This document shows, one piece after another, positions 38,898 through 51,800 of a DNA stretch of 64,000 nucleotides (position 1 is its first letter; every line of letters starts with the position of its first letter). Source of the stretch: Laetmonice hystrix (lineage: Eukaryota); contig OZ249436.1 of the NCBI GenBank assembly GCA_965235115.1, forward strand, positions 49,974,001-50,038,000, read 5' to 3'. Both the position numbers and the translations under genes were made by a program. The notes under the pieces are model-generated. The model worked only from the letters and a program-made list of their open reading frames with translations. It was not told the DNA's origin and did not search any database.

Positions 38898-41137
38898 AAG
38901 CTATCCATACACTCGCACCCTCTGCCGTCAATGGCGGGTCATTGATTTCAGGTGTCGTTAGGTGGCAGCACAAGACGGAACCCGAAATATCGACTTTAAC
39001 ATTGGCACGGACTGGTAGGTTCTCTAGGCATGAATAGGCCTAATTATTTTCCCATCCCTTTGAAAAGTGACTGAAGACCGAGTTATACATGGAATAAATA
39101 TCTGATAAGGAACCTATTAACTATATTTTCTTCTTTCTGACTGAATGTATAGGCCGGTGTGTAGGAGCACACAGTCCATACACACAGACAGGGGCTGACC
39201 TACCCCCGCCCACAGCCGATGGCTTATCGCTTTTGATTGGTTGGTCTGTTTGGGCCGGCCAATCAGAAGCGTTAAGCTTATTTTGGGGTGCCATTTTAAG
39301 TTAAAGTGACACCCCAATTTCTCAGATACTCAAATAACGGACAGCAAAACCGATTTAAATGCGTCATTGAAAAGACCGTTTATTTACAATGTTGGTACAA
39401 GGTTCAAACATCGGCCCATCACAAAACGATACGACACAATGTTTGCTTCAATTCACCACTTGGGGCCGCCACCATCGAGCAAACCATTCTACACGCAACG
39501 TGTCTTTACGTTATTGATATGTTACAAATATTCTTCAACGGAATCCCGGAAAAACTGAAGATTCTGTGTCAAACAGCGACGTTTGAGGACTGTTCGCTAT
39601 GAACACATTCTAAAGTACAATTGTGTATAAAAAGAAGTTTAAGAAAAGAAGTATTCTACCTATTCCTATATGACCTCATGTATGGAACAGTAGGCCTACC
39701 TCATTTGGCGTATTTGTATTCGTCAGAACACCAGACACAGAATCTTTAACTTTTCAATTGTTACTGGGTCTTAAGTACATTAACGACATATTCATTAATT
39801 CTTTTCCTAAATAATGATATCGCACACCGCAGGGCCGTAGTCTGGCCCAAATACGCAGGGGCAGTGTCTCCTGGGCAAGTACCAGGTGTCAATTCCAGTG
39901 TTGGGGATCCAGGCCCAATAATAATAATTAAAAAAATGGAAATCCCGAGTTCAGTGGCACGTACCCCCTGCAGGCTACGTCCCTGCTTTCTATACCAAAA
40001 CATACGAAGGTCATGGGTAGACTAGAAGAGTTAAATTCCAATGAAATTACTATTACACTTTCTTTAACACCTCTGGCTTTAAAATTGTCCAGGACGTTAA
40101 AAAACGTTTTGATAATCAATGTTCATGCACCTCAGATATGAGTGCTGACGATGGAAAACCTTGGCATTTGTACATAAATCTCTGCAGGTGCCAATAGATC
40201 TTTTAATGGCTCTATACCATCAATTTTCTATTTTACAAGAACATCAACTAGTACCCAATATATGTTAGTCATATTAAAGAAACGACAAACTGTATATATA
40301 TGAACGTCGATGTTATCATGCACTAATTGTCAATGAGGCGTATATTGGAATATATATCTGTGCGTCTTTAGTTTATTCTATATCCAGAACGGTTAATTTA
40401 GGAAACAACTTAATTGAGAAACATACAGCACCTACTCTTGCACAGATTTCCTTTCATCACGGCATAAAATTGATAATACAAAAATACAGTAAATATTACC
40501 GTTATTTTCAGGATACATTTAGTCCAAAGCCATGAATACACACACCGAAAGATATTCCCACGATAACCACTTCCAGGATAACCCCTCGGTACTTCCTATT
40601 TAGTCTGTCTGTGTCAGCCTCCATATACAATACCTGCAGCACAGTTTCTGAACACATGAGGGTCTTACTGGGAAAATGCTCACCACCATAATTGTAAATG
40701 ACTTCCTTTCGTTTCCCCCGAGCTAACCAGGTTTTGTGGTTAGTGTTGCAAAATTTTAGGACCTGTACCGTACCTCCAAATATACGACCTCAACGGCCTA
40801 GGATAACTGTTTTCATAAACGGCAAATACAAAATTGCGATCAATGAACGGCGGTCCGGTTTCCATTAAGAACAGAACCGACGAACGCAACAATACCAAGC
40901 CAGTCTTTTCATAATCTTCTTCGACCGAAATGATAACATTTCTAAAACTGCCGAGGCATTCGGCTGCGGGTTAATTGAGATAAGTATACCAACAGTGCGC
41001 ACAGACACCCCACTACTGACTATACATGTATATGTATCTTTAATTCAAGTCTTTTTGTTAGTCTGTGATATTTTCAGATCACATCAGGAAACACACCGGA
41101 CCATATCGTTTTTATCCTGTTACAATCGATGTTTTAA

Positions 41138-41483
41138 ACCAGTACTTTGCCCAATATTACCCAAAACCTGGGATCGTTAGTCGTGATATTGAGAACAGAC
41201 TGGTAAGGTTTCCAAAATTGATGATATCCGCGCAGCGCCATTACGGAGACGCAAATTGCGTCGTTTTGTTCGCTATGCTATGACCACGTTTTCTGACACC
41301 AGTGACGTCACAGACGTATCGGTTCCAATGAAGGAACGCCACCTGATTGGTTGAGGCGGGAAGATTCAATGGCAGCATCCATGACATCCATGGCGAATTG
41401 TTAGTTTAGACCTATACATGTATATCGATTTGTACCATATAGACTTGTCTAGTGCCAGGGTGTATTGGTGGCAAAGTACTGGT
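41138..41483. mobile_element. MITE with TTAA target-site duplication (Kolobok/piggyBac-type target)
   Basis: Perfect 14-bp TIR ACCAGTACTTTGCC / GGCAAAGTACTGGT flanked by TTAA at 41134-41137 and 41484-41487; internal GTGACGTCAC palindrome and CTGATTGG box. Confidence 0.8.
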
Positions 41484-42659
41484 TTAAGGGTACAGTTCTG
41501 AGACTGAAGCAATGTCCATGTATATACATACATGTATTAGTTACAGAACATATCAAGTACCGCTATGCATCTACGACTGAGGAATTAGTGCTCTCCTTGA
41601 GCGAACTTTAAATAAGAGTTTGCCTATTTTTATAGGGAACTGCCTCCCTTCGTCCATGCACGACTTTTGGGCACAACCCAGACTTAAATAACGGCATTCA
41701 TAGACAATTAACATGAGATTCTAGATAAACTCCTGCAATTAACTGAAAAATAAATAAACTTAAACCACCCTACAGATTACAGGTAATCACCTGTTAATAA
41801 ATAGCAAACAAGCTTATAACCAACCAGCCTATCGCCAAGCAACATTAATAGGCTGGCTAGAGCACAACTAATCATGTTTTGCAATACACAGATATTTATT
41901 TTCCCTGTGTAATTTTTCTTAAAGATCGGGGAGGTCTGAGAGTGAGATATTAAAAGGTTTGACCTCTGTGAATAAACGTCAAGTATTTGCAGTGAAACAT
42001 TTGGGTTCAAAATATATCCTACATAACAATAAATCCAGGTAACTGGTCAGTTTCTGTAGAAAAGTTCCACTCAGTTACAAAAGTTGATTCTGTTTAATAT
42101 TAATCTCCTCATTAATCAATTTTTCTTGGTAAAGCGTAAGCGCAAATTATCTAACTGTAAAATAGGACATAATTAATCATTATATTGTCTCTTTCTTCAA
42201 GTATTGACCCCATATTGACAAACACGGACCATATCATAGAGTGCATCCTCCAGTAGCAGTCACCTAACACGTGGAATTAACGCCATCAAATAATTCTGTA
42301 AACCGTATTTTGTTACTTTCTTGTCGGAGTGATCCAGCGGAATGACAGACTGGTGTTAAAAGTAGACTTTCTGTGTTTGACGATGTTCATATTATACAAG
42401 TACGGTTACCGTTATCCACTTATATAAAGCAAACAAAAATGTACAAAACATAATAACATATATATATGGGGTAATACTTGTATTTGCAACAGTTGTACGA
42501 AGTTGTAGATAATAAAAAAATATTTTCCTGAAACTATCTCACTTATAGGTAAGTCACATTTTAAACCCCGATTCTAACGCATCCAGTCATATAACTTTTT
42601 CTCCCAACTTATAAAATAATATCATTTATTACCACCCTTTATTCGCAAGACATTAGCTC

Positions 42660-42850
42660 TTATGCCTTCCGTGTGGTGGCGCTGTATTCTTCGACGTCAC
42701 TGTCACTGTTCAAGTGGTCGTACTCGTGGTCGCTTCCTTCGTCTGTGTTCAGACGGTTGAACCCTTTATGTCGGCTGAGAAAGGTGCCCAGGTTGAACCG
42801 TCTATTCTTGTTCTTCCTGTACATCAGGGAACTTAGGAAAGCCAACTTCC
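42660..42850 (-). CDS. PAM: PAM terminal coding exon (cytosolic tail): [62 protein letters not shown]
   Basis: tttcag| acceptor, TAA stop at 42660-42662; FNLG..KGF.RL..EGSD resembles the conserved PAM tail; AATAAA hexamers follow at ~42625-42643 on the minus strand. Confidence 0.92.
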
Positions 42851-45800
42851 CTGAAACATACAGGTTTCATAGAATGGCATAAAAATGGGGAAAATATAAG
42901 CTGAATTACAATGATTTAATAGTCGATTTGTGCCACAGTATGACTATTCTCGTCACATGAACTTTCAGTAGGAAGTCTTCCTACCTTCCTACCAAGTATC
43001 GGCCATAAAAACTGCTACCTTAGGCTACGTTATCTCGCAGCAACATCAAAGACACACTTACGGGCATGTCCTGACTATAACTCATTTACAAGTGATACAA
43101 TAAATTAACGTTATAACTTTTTCACATGCCACAATCTTAGATTACTGAAGTTGTGGACATTTTAAATCATCTGATTTTATCAAGACGTTGTTAACACGCC
43201 AGATGCACACCAGCATCACAAACCTGTGAGAAATTATTAACATATCATGACATATCCTCATACGGCTTGGATCAAAACCTTTTTACCTATTTCGCCCCCG
43301 AAAATTTACCTCACCCAGCCCAATTCTAAAAATATACAGGCTTGTTAGAAGTTATTCCCACAAAGAAGACGTGCAGTGTATAATGCATGTAATGCTCGCC
43401 CATACAAAAATAAGCAAGACAGGCAACTGAGAGAAAGTACATTTTTAGGTTTTCATTTGATATCAATGGCTATTCCTATTAGCGTTGACTTATTTCCGCC
43501 CCAGCACCAAAAGACAGCCTGGTCTCCTACCTCCTCATCGTCTGATAACTCTTCCGTTATCAGGGTGGCTTCCCGATATCCCTTCATCCTGTTTAATAAC
43601 GCTGTCACAACACAACGGAAACAGGTTGGGAATCAAATACAGGACAAATCTGACAGATACATGCTGGGATTGGGACATCAAATACAGGGCAAATCTGACA
43701 GATACATGCTGGGATTGGGACATCAAATACAGGGCAAATCTGACAGATACATGCTGGGATTGGGACATCAAATACATGGCAAATCTGACAGATACATGCT
43801 GGGATTGGGACTTCAAATACACGGCAAATCAGGCAGATACATGCTGGGATTGGGACATCAAATACAGGGCAAATCTGACAGATACATGCTGGGATTGGGA
43901 CATCAAATACAGGGCAAATCTGACAGATACATGCTGGGATTGGGACATCAAATACAAGGCAAATCTGACAGATACATGCTGGGATTGGGACATCAAATAC
44001 CAGACAAGTCTGACAGATACATGCTGGGATTGGGACATCAAATATAGGGCAAGTCTGACAGATACATGCTGGGATTGGGACATGAAATACAAGGCAAATC
44101 TGAGAGATACATGCTGGGATTAGGACATCAAATACAAGGCAAATCTGAGAGATACATGCTGGGATTGGGACATCAAATACCAGATAAGTCTGACAGATAC
44201 ATGCTGGGATTGGGACATCAAATACAGGGCAAATCTGACAGATACATGCTGGACATAGTGAGTCGGTACGACATCTCATAGATCTAGGCTTCTCTGACAT
44301 AATTTTGTTGATTTCAACAGCTGAAGTACTGTAATATCACAGTTATCTTTAAGTCAGCCTTCAAGTTTAATTTTGTTTTAATCTGCTCGTCTGACCCATA
44401 AACTCTCAAATACACGTGCAACATGTATAGTCAAATAGTGACTTCCACAAGTCGGTAAGGTTCAAGCAAAATGTCTCCTAAATGAGGAGCCCAAAGTGTG
44501 ATGTATAAACCAAGTTTATTAGTCTTCAATTCTAAAAGTAGTTTATAGTACCGAACTCAACTATATCTGAAAACATTATTAACAGTGTACGCATGTACAT
44601 GACCCCATCTTACCTTTTTTCCGCAGCCGTATGAACACTGTAACTGCCACAATGATAATGACTGGCACAATAAGAAGTGCTCCAATCACCATTGATGCCC
44701 CGAAGTCGTTCTCATCTGCAGACGATTCCTCCTCAACCTTCCCGATCCCTTCGGCACCCTTGCTGCCATCTACCGAAACTGGGCGTTTCCATAATTGGCC
44801 CAATGTATTGTGGCTCAGGGCTAAATTTAAAAAGTTTTTTCTTAGAGTTTCCTGCTTCCTTGTTATCATTAACGTTTTACTCTTTATCACCCTATATAAG
44901 ATGCACATTTCAGAACAAAATGTAAAAATATGGTATGTATAAACTCTTCTTCAGGTATGTATAATTTAAGAGACTACTTCAGACTATGTTTTGTAAAGTG
45001 CACTTTTACTGGGTAATTAATAACCGTACAAAAAAGATAATTCTCCACCTGGATGATTGTACTTTACATCCCAAAATATTACAATAACATAAGATTTTTT
45101 TACGTTTATCTGCGATGAAATCTCTGCTATGACTTTATCTGAGTTCGCTCACCTTGAACAATCCGTTTTTGGATGCGAAACTGCCAAACTTTATGAGGAT
45201 CAAGCTCTCCCACATATACATACTCCCCTGAGAGGCTGACAACCACATCATGGGGGTTCTTCAAGCCCTGTAACAGAGAACAAAATGTGTTCCCTTGCCA
45301 ATACTACAACTGATACCTAGAACTAGTAAAAGATATTGGATAACACAGGTAAAATAAGGCAGGAGCCACGAGGAACACAAATAATTCGGTCATTTGTAAA
45401 ACTAAATAATGAAACCGAAGTTAGTACAAATATTGATTTAATAATGAAGCTATACGACCTACCAGTAGTAGGTAATACTGTATAATGCGTCATCAAAAGA
45501 TAAGCCCCCACAATTGACTGACTTCAATAACTAGCTTCCGGTAATTCAACTACATGTATTCGTTTTCAAAGATCCGAACCTACTGTATCAATTCACGAAG
45601 TTCAAAATATAACGGGAAGAATACTTACATATTGTGGTTCCCATGTTTCAAGTAGTTTGCCGCTGGCAGGGTCGAGGCTAAAACCAAGTACAGGAACATT
45701 CTTGCCGTAAAGATTTGGTCCATTGACGGCGTACAGTATACCTGTAGCAGGTTGGAAAAAAACACACACATCAGCCATATTATTACAGAATATAGGCCTA

Positions 45801-48800
45801 CCAAACACACTATTGTGTAGAGGTCGCTTTAAAACACACACACATCAGCCATATTATTACAGAATATAGGCCTACCAAACACACTATTGTGTAGAGGTCG
45901 CTTAGAGTGAATTGAGTTAAAATCTTCATCACCTGATAAAAATTATGCCAATCTGAGCCATTTTCCTAAATAAAAGTAGGAAATACTTACTACTATCACT
46001 TTATTGCTTAGCTTATCCCTGGTACAGGGCCAGAAACGGAGTGGGAGACCATTCAGGAAGGAGATTAGGGGATCAGTAAAATGGAGTGTGTCATATTGCA
46101 CAGTTAGTACTTACCGGTTGTTGCAGAGTAGGTCACCGCATACAGGCGTCCGTTAAATTTGTTGGGGTGGATCTGCTTGACGAAGTCGCCATCTAGCGTG
46201 AAGCACTGGATGCGTCCGTTCTCCCGGTCAGCCACACACACCCAGCCATGGTCCTCCAAGGCTGTGATACTGTGTGGGATGTCGAACTCATACGGTGGTG
46301 GAAACTCGCCACCTGGTGGTAACAGCAGAAAACAGGTTCAGGCACGTTTACATGATTAACAAAATATGAGGAGCAGGTGTAATAAAAAAAAAAAAAAATA
46401 AAAATAAAAATCAGCTTTCTTATATTGTATCCTGAACGTAGGCCTTCGCCAAGTCCGACTTGTGATTACTGAGGTCTGGCCACAAGGCATTCCGGTCCGT
46501 TTCCCTGCCAATACTCTTTTATTCTTGAATTGATTTTTCCTATCATCCCTCAATTCTAATGAATGATTATCGACATACTTGCGACAGACTTTGTACGTTT
46601 TCCCCATTGTTTCAGCATCTTTCCCTCCTTGGAGTACTTAATGACCCTGCTGTTACAGTAGCCGTCTGTCACGTAGAATTCGCCTGTTGTTAGGGTAGTC
46701 ACGTCTGATGGCTTACAGTAGTGACTGCCATCACTACCAGGGGTCAGCTTGGTTCCGAGTACCAGTGAAGGTTTCTGAGAGCCCGCAGGGAACTTCATCA
46801 CCTACAATACATAGGACCGAATGACTCATCGGCTCACCAAATATATGGGGAAAAATGATCCAGCCAATGTTTGACATGAATGAACACTGAGTCATTCGTG
46901 CGTCATGAAAAATTGGAATAAAAAACACGTTGGTATGAAAGAGGTTGTACCTGATGCAGGGCAACATCTGTCAACCAAATATTATCTTCGTGGTCAATAT
47001 GTAGACCGTGAGGCATGTAGAACCTGGCAGAGCGAAATCAAACAATCCAACATTAGTTGTCGCCAAAAGGTCGGCACCGAAAGCTCTTCAGTTGGATGCT
47101 GAGAACCCGGTAAATAGCGTCTATGGCCTTTTATATTATTCCCAAACATTTTCAGTCAGAGGGCCCCCCTTGGCGCGCGCGCCTTCTTACCCCCCACCCC
47201 TGCAAAAAATCCTGGATCCGCCCCTGTTCATACATGTATTTAAAGAAAATGTGGAAAAGTCTAGTCAAAGCACTCGATATGGTAGGTACATGTATTGTAA
47301 TGTTGTATAATGGCTGAATCCAGTAAAGCTTACACAAGAGCAGACCCTACAAGAAGAATTAACTGGAAGAATTAACTGTTTTGATTTCAGGGAATAGGTA
47401 CTTACATATTGGCACCCCACTGTCGGATAACTTTGCCTTCAGGACTGAAGGTTACAAAGGTATTCTCCTTGATCGGTCCCCCACTAAGGTCTGAGAACCG
47501 GTTCATGTTGTCAAACGTGCTAGAATAAAGAAAAGTTGGGGTCACCGTGTTACTCGACAGACTGACGTCCGTAAGATTACGTCTCACCTAGGACCAGACT
47601 AGATTATAATTTAATTGGTTAATACGAGGCAAATGTGAAACAGTCCAACTGCCACCTAACTCTGTCACAGTACAAAACAAAGGGACAAAATATTTTGTCC
47701 ATTACTGCGACAGAGTTAGGTGGTTGTTGGACTGTTTCATATTTGCCTCGTATTAACTAATAGATTACAATTTAACCAGACCAGAACTAACTCGGTCACA
47801 GTTGTAACCACGCCGGCCATCAACTGACTCGTGTCGACTATACTTGATATCTTCGATAATTATAAGGGCACCTGCTTATCAAACCTGGTGTTTCTTACCA
47901 GACTTACTGGGTGAGCGGGAACCTTAGTCCCCTGCCTCCCACTAGGTGTAACCCTGATATGACATCATTGCAGTGAAGATATTTATATTCTAAACAGAGT
48001 GCCGGTACATACTTTCATGTCTGCCCAGATACCCGGAAAATAAAACCTCTATATCATTTTCTTACTGAGATTTCCATGAACGACTGCCACGATGGAAGAC
48101 ATGCAGGTTGCCATGGGAATCTGTGGCTATTCCGCCGATCTGACCAATGGTCAAGTGGTCAGCTGGCGTGATGACCGGCCATGCAAGGGTCTCATGAATA
48201 CCTAAAACAAGTTCAGCCAGATTGATCAACAGTACCATATTCCTACACCTACCTGAGTTAAGAGGACGTCTGGGGATATTTTTATCTACACAGATCCGTT
48301 TCAAATAGTATTTTCTCTAGCACCAAGTTCAACGGTAGAAATAACCCTTATCAAAACAATACGTAATTCTATAACAGTTTCATGCTTCAAGGGCACGAAC
48401 AGTAAAGGTATCTGGTCAATTTATTGTTTTCTATCATTCAGCAGTGTTTGTTGTCATTGTGTCTGTCTATAAAGTGGAGCACATTAATAATCATAAAACG
48501 TGCCGTGTAATTGGGACAAAAAGTCGCCCTAGGCAAACAATTTGATCACTCCCACTGTTCGCCTCGAACCGTATATCCTGTGTAAGAAAACCATGAATGA
48601 TATGGGTCACGGTGAGGTGAGACTTTCACCTCCATACCTCCTTGTACTACTCCTTGTCCTTGAATCAGTTTGTCGATTCTGTCCCAAATACAACATGATG
48701 GTGCCGATGACATCCCCCACTTCACATATCAATGAAATTGTCCCACAACTGCAGATATCAGTGACTGGCTGTATATTAGCAAACGGGTTGACATCTAGAA

Positions 48801-51800
48801 ATTACCCAGATAATCTACACAAGCTTATTGAGAGTTTGTCAGAAAATCAGGCTGCACCCAAAAAAAACCATATTAGACAGCAGTAATCGACCTAACATTA
48901 TCATTGTCCCAGGAAGGGCCTTCCAAAAAATTCTGTGTTTCTGGGAACATTCAAATGAAATATTTATCGGATTTCATTAGGTTTACTAAGTTACAAATGT
49001 AGGCCTAACGTTCTCAGGGTCTATTGGCATAGCTTGTGTACTTTTGTATCATGCTAACCTGATAAATATCTAATTTTTTTTTCATGATTTTTCCAGACCA
49101 AAATTCTCAAATTTCATGACCAATTCCACATAAAATTAACAAATACACTAAAATCCCAGAACTGTCCTCTAGTACCTCATGGAACTTTTAAATTTTGGCC
49201 TAACAGAAACAAAAATGTGGCTCAAGAGAAATCCCAAATTCCATGACTTTTCATGACTTTCTTTCGTTTTTCTATTTTTCATGATTTTTCATGACCGTGG
49301 GAATCCTGGGCACACCATCATGGCCTGATAATAACCCCCTCGGTATAATCTCCACGAATTCTGGTGATAAGAACCCAAAATTTTAAAAATCTAAATCATT
49401 CCTAGTCCCAAAACTAATAAATACCCACAGTCCCCCCCCCCAAAAAAAAAAAATTATACTATCCCAAACCCTGCCCTAACCCTAAGCCCCAGATTCGTGG
49501 GATTGATACCATAGAGGTGTCAACCAATGGTGTTTTTATTGCACAAAGCTGACAGAGGAGAGAGCTGAGGGAGTGGCGAATCAGGTCGAACATCCAGAAA
49601 CACATTATTTTCCACCTTAGGCCTAAGTCAGTGTTACTTACTGGGTGTGAGTGGGAGTGAGGAAACTTCTTTGTTGTGGTTATTACTGCCAGAAGCTCCA
49701 GAAGGGTGAGTAGCTCCCGTAGCCCGGTCACCGCTAAGAGAACCAGAAGTTGCCATGGTAGCAGTAGTGGTAGCAGATGAAGAAGAACTAGTAGTGGTAG
49801 TAGTAGGATTAGTAGCAACCTTGGAAGATGCAACAGAAGGAACACCGACACCAGAGCGCCACCCCCCGACTCCACCACCGCCACGGTGGTTTAAAAAGCC
49901 ACCACTGGGGGCAGCACTATCGGACTGGGGCTTTTGCCGGTTTGGGTAAAGGTTTCTGTTGTATGCTACACTTGGGTTTCTCAAATCACCTTGGTCCCTA
50001 AAAGCATTCGGATTATTTCCGTGATACATGCCATGCTCCTGCGCATACACACCAGTTCGAGGTGGGGCCGCGGGACCCCTCCAGTCCGGTTGGTCCGACC
50101 TAAAACTGGGTGCCGGGTTAGTGCTGTCTGTGTCATCAGGAAATCCAAAGAAAGCATGCGCCCCATCAGTCCCACCATAGTCACTAGGATCTTTATCGTA
50201 TCCCAGTATACCCTGAGTTCTACCACCACGGCTGTGGTCTACATGCGGTGGACGTCGGTTGCGGTTTCGACTCCTTTGATGCTGAACTTCATAATAGAAA
50301 TAATCAGGATTTTCATTTCTGTTATTAGCATCGCTGAGATCGGCGTAATACTCGTATCTGCTAGGGACCTCATCCAAGTCATCATAGCGGCCTAGGTAGC
50401 CACTGCGGGGGTTGGGTACAGCAATGCGTCCCATACCACGCCCCCCTAACACATCAGTGAGGCGGTCGTAGCTGAAAGGCTTGTTCCCAGGACTGTAGAA
50501 GTTATTACCTTGTTGTAAAGCGTTACTAGCTGCCTCCTCCTCCAGGAGAGGATTGGCAGGCAGAGGGACGTCGTTCCCAGCCGGGATGGAGTGGAACAGC
50601 TCTGGGAACTTGTTCACACTACACGCAAGGTTAGTGCTTCCCGTACTGGAGTTGGTGTAGTACATCATGTAGAAGTTGCACATCTCGTCGCTGTGTGCAC
50701 CTCTACAGACACGTACAGGAGGAAAGAGAAACGTCAACATTTAACGTATCATAATGATCATGTCTGTATCACTTACCGCATGATTCCCATCATCCCAAAC
50801 TCAATAATTTCAGAAAAATGTTTCCTGAACTATAACACAGATATACAACTTATTCCCCCCCCCCCCCAAAAGAAAATAATTGCGGCTCGGTTGTCTGTGT
50901 GAACAACAGCGTTATTTTAGCTCAGGCCTGTCTTGAAAACCCTAAAACGCTTAAGTTAGCATTTTTTTATATAAAGGGTAACACCTACCCGATTCGTGTT
51001 GTCTTGTCTCGTCTTGTGGAATCATAGGTACACCTTGCAACCTTATAACACAAAACAAATGTTGATAAACATTGGGTTGGAACCTTATAACACAAAACAA
51101 ATGTTGATAAGCATTGGGTCCAACCTTATAACACAAAACAAATGTTGATAAACATTGGGTTGCAACCTTATAACACAAAACAAATGTTGATAAACATTGG
51201 GTTGCAACCTTATAACACAAAACAAATGTTGATAAACATTGGGTTGCAACCTTATAACACAAAACAAATGTTGATAGGCATTGGGTTGCAACCTTATAAC
51301 ACAAAACAAATGTTGATAAACATTGGGTTGCAACCTTATAACACAAAACAAATGTTGATAAACATTGGCATACCTGCCAACATTGGAAAACCGGAAATCA
51401 GAACACTACCCATGAGGGGTTCAGGGGGCGCCTAGGCAGGGGTAGAGGGGGCGGAGCCCCTGTAAGCTCCCGGGTTTTGGGGCATTTTTAAAGCTAAGGA
51501 AAGGCTCTTTTGAACCTTAAAAGTTGACATTATTTGCATTATATATTGCGATCTGAAAATTCTAAAATCGGACGCTGCAACCTTATAAAACAAAACCTAT
51601 TTGGATAAACATTGGGTTGAAACCTTATAAAACAAAACAAATGTTGGTATACATCAGGTATACAGCTTTCACTTCTCCACTAAGCAGTAGCATATAAAGT
51701 CATTGAACATACCAATCGGTCTCCAGGATGTATCGTGTTCTTCCCAGTCACAGGGTAAAATGCCTAAAAACAGAAAAAAGGTGCCTTACCGCTTCTACTT

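Noticed and set aside
43376..44300. 200+ aa repetitive ORFs in several frames
   Set aside because: By-product of a 45-bp unit inside the last PAM intron; the flanking exons splice in phase without it.
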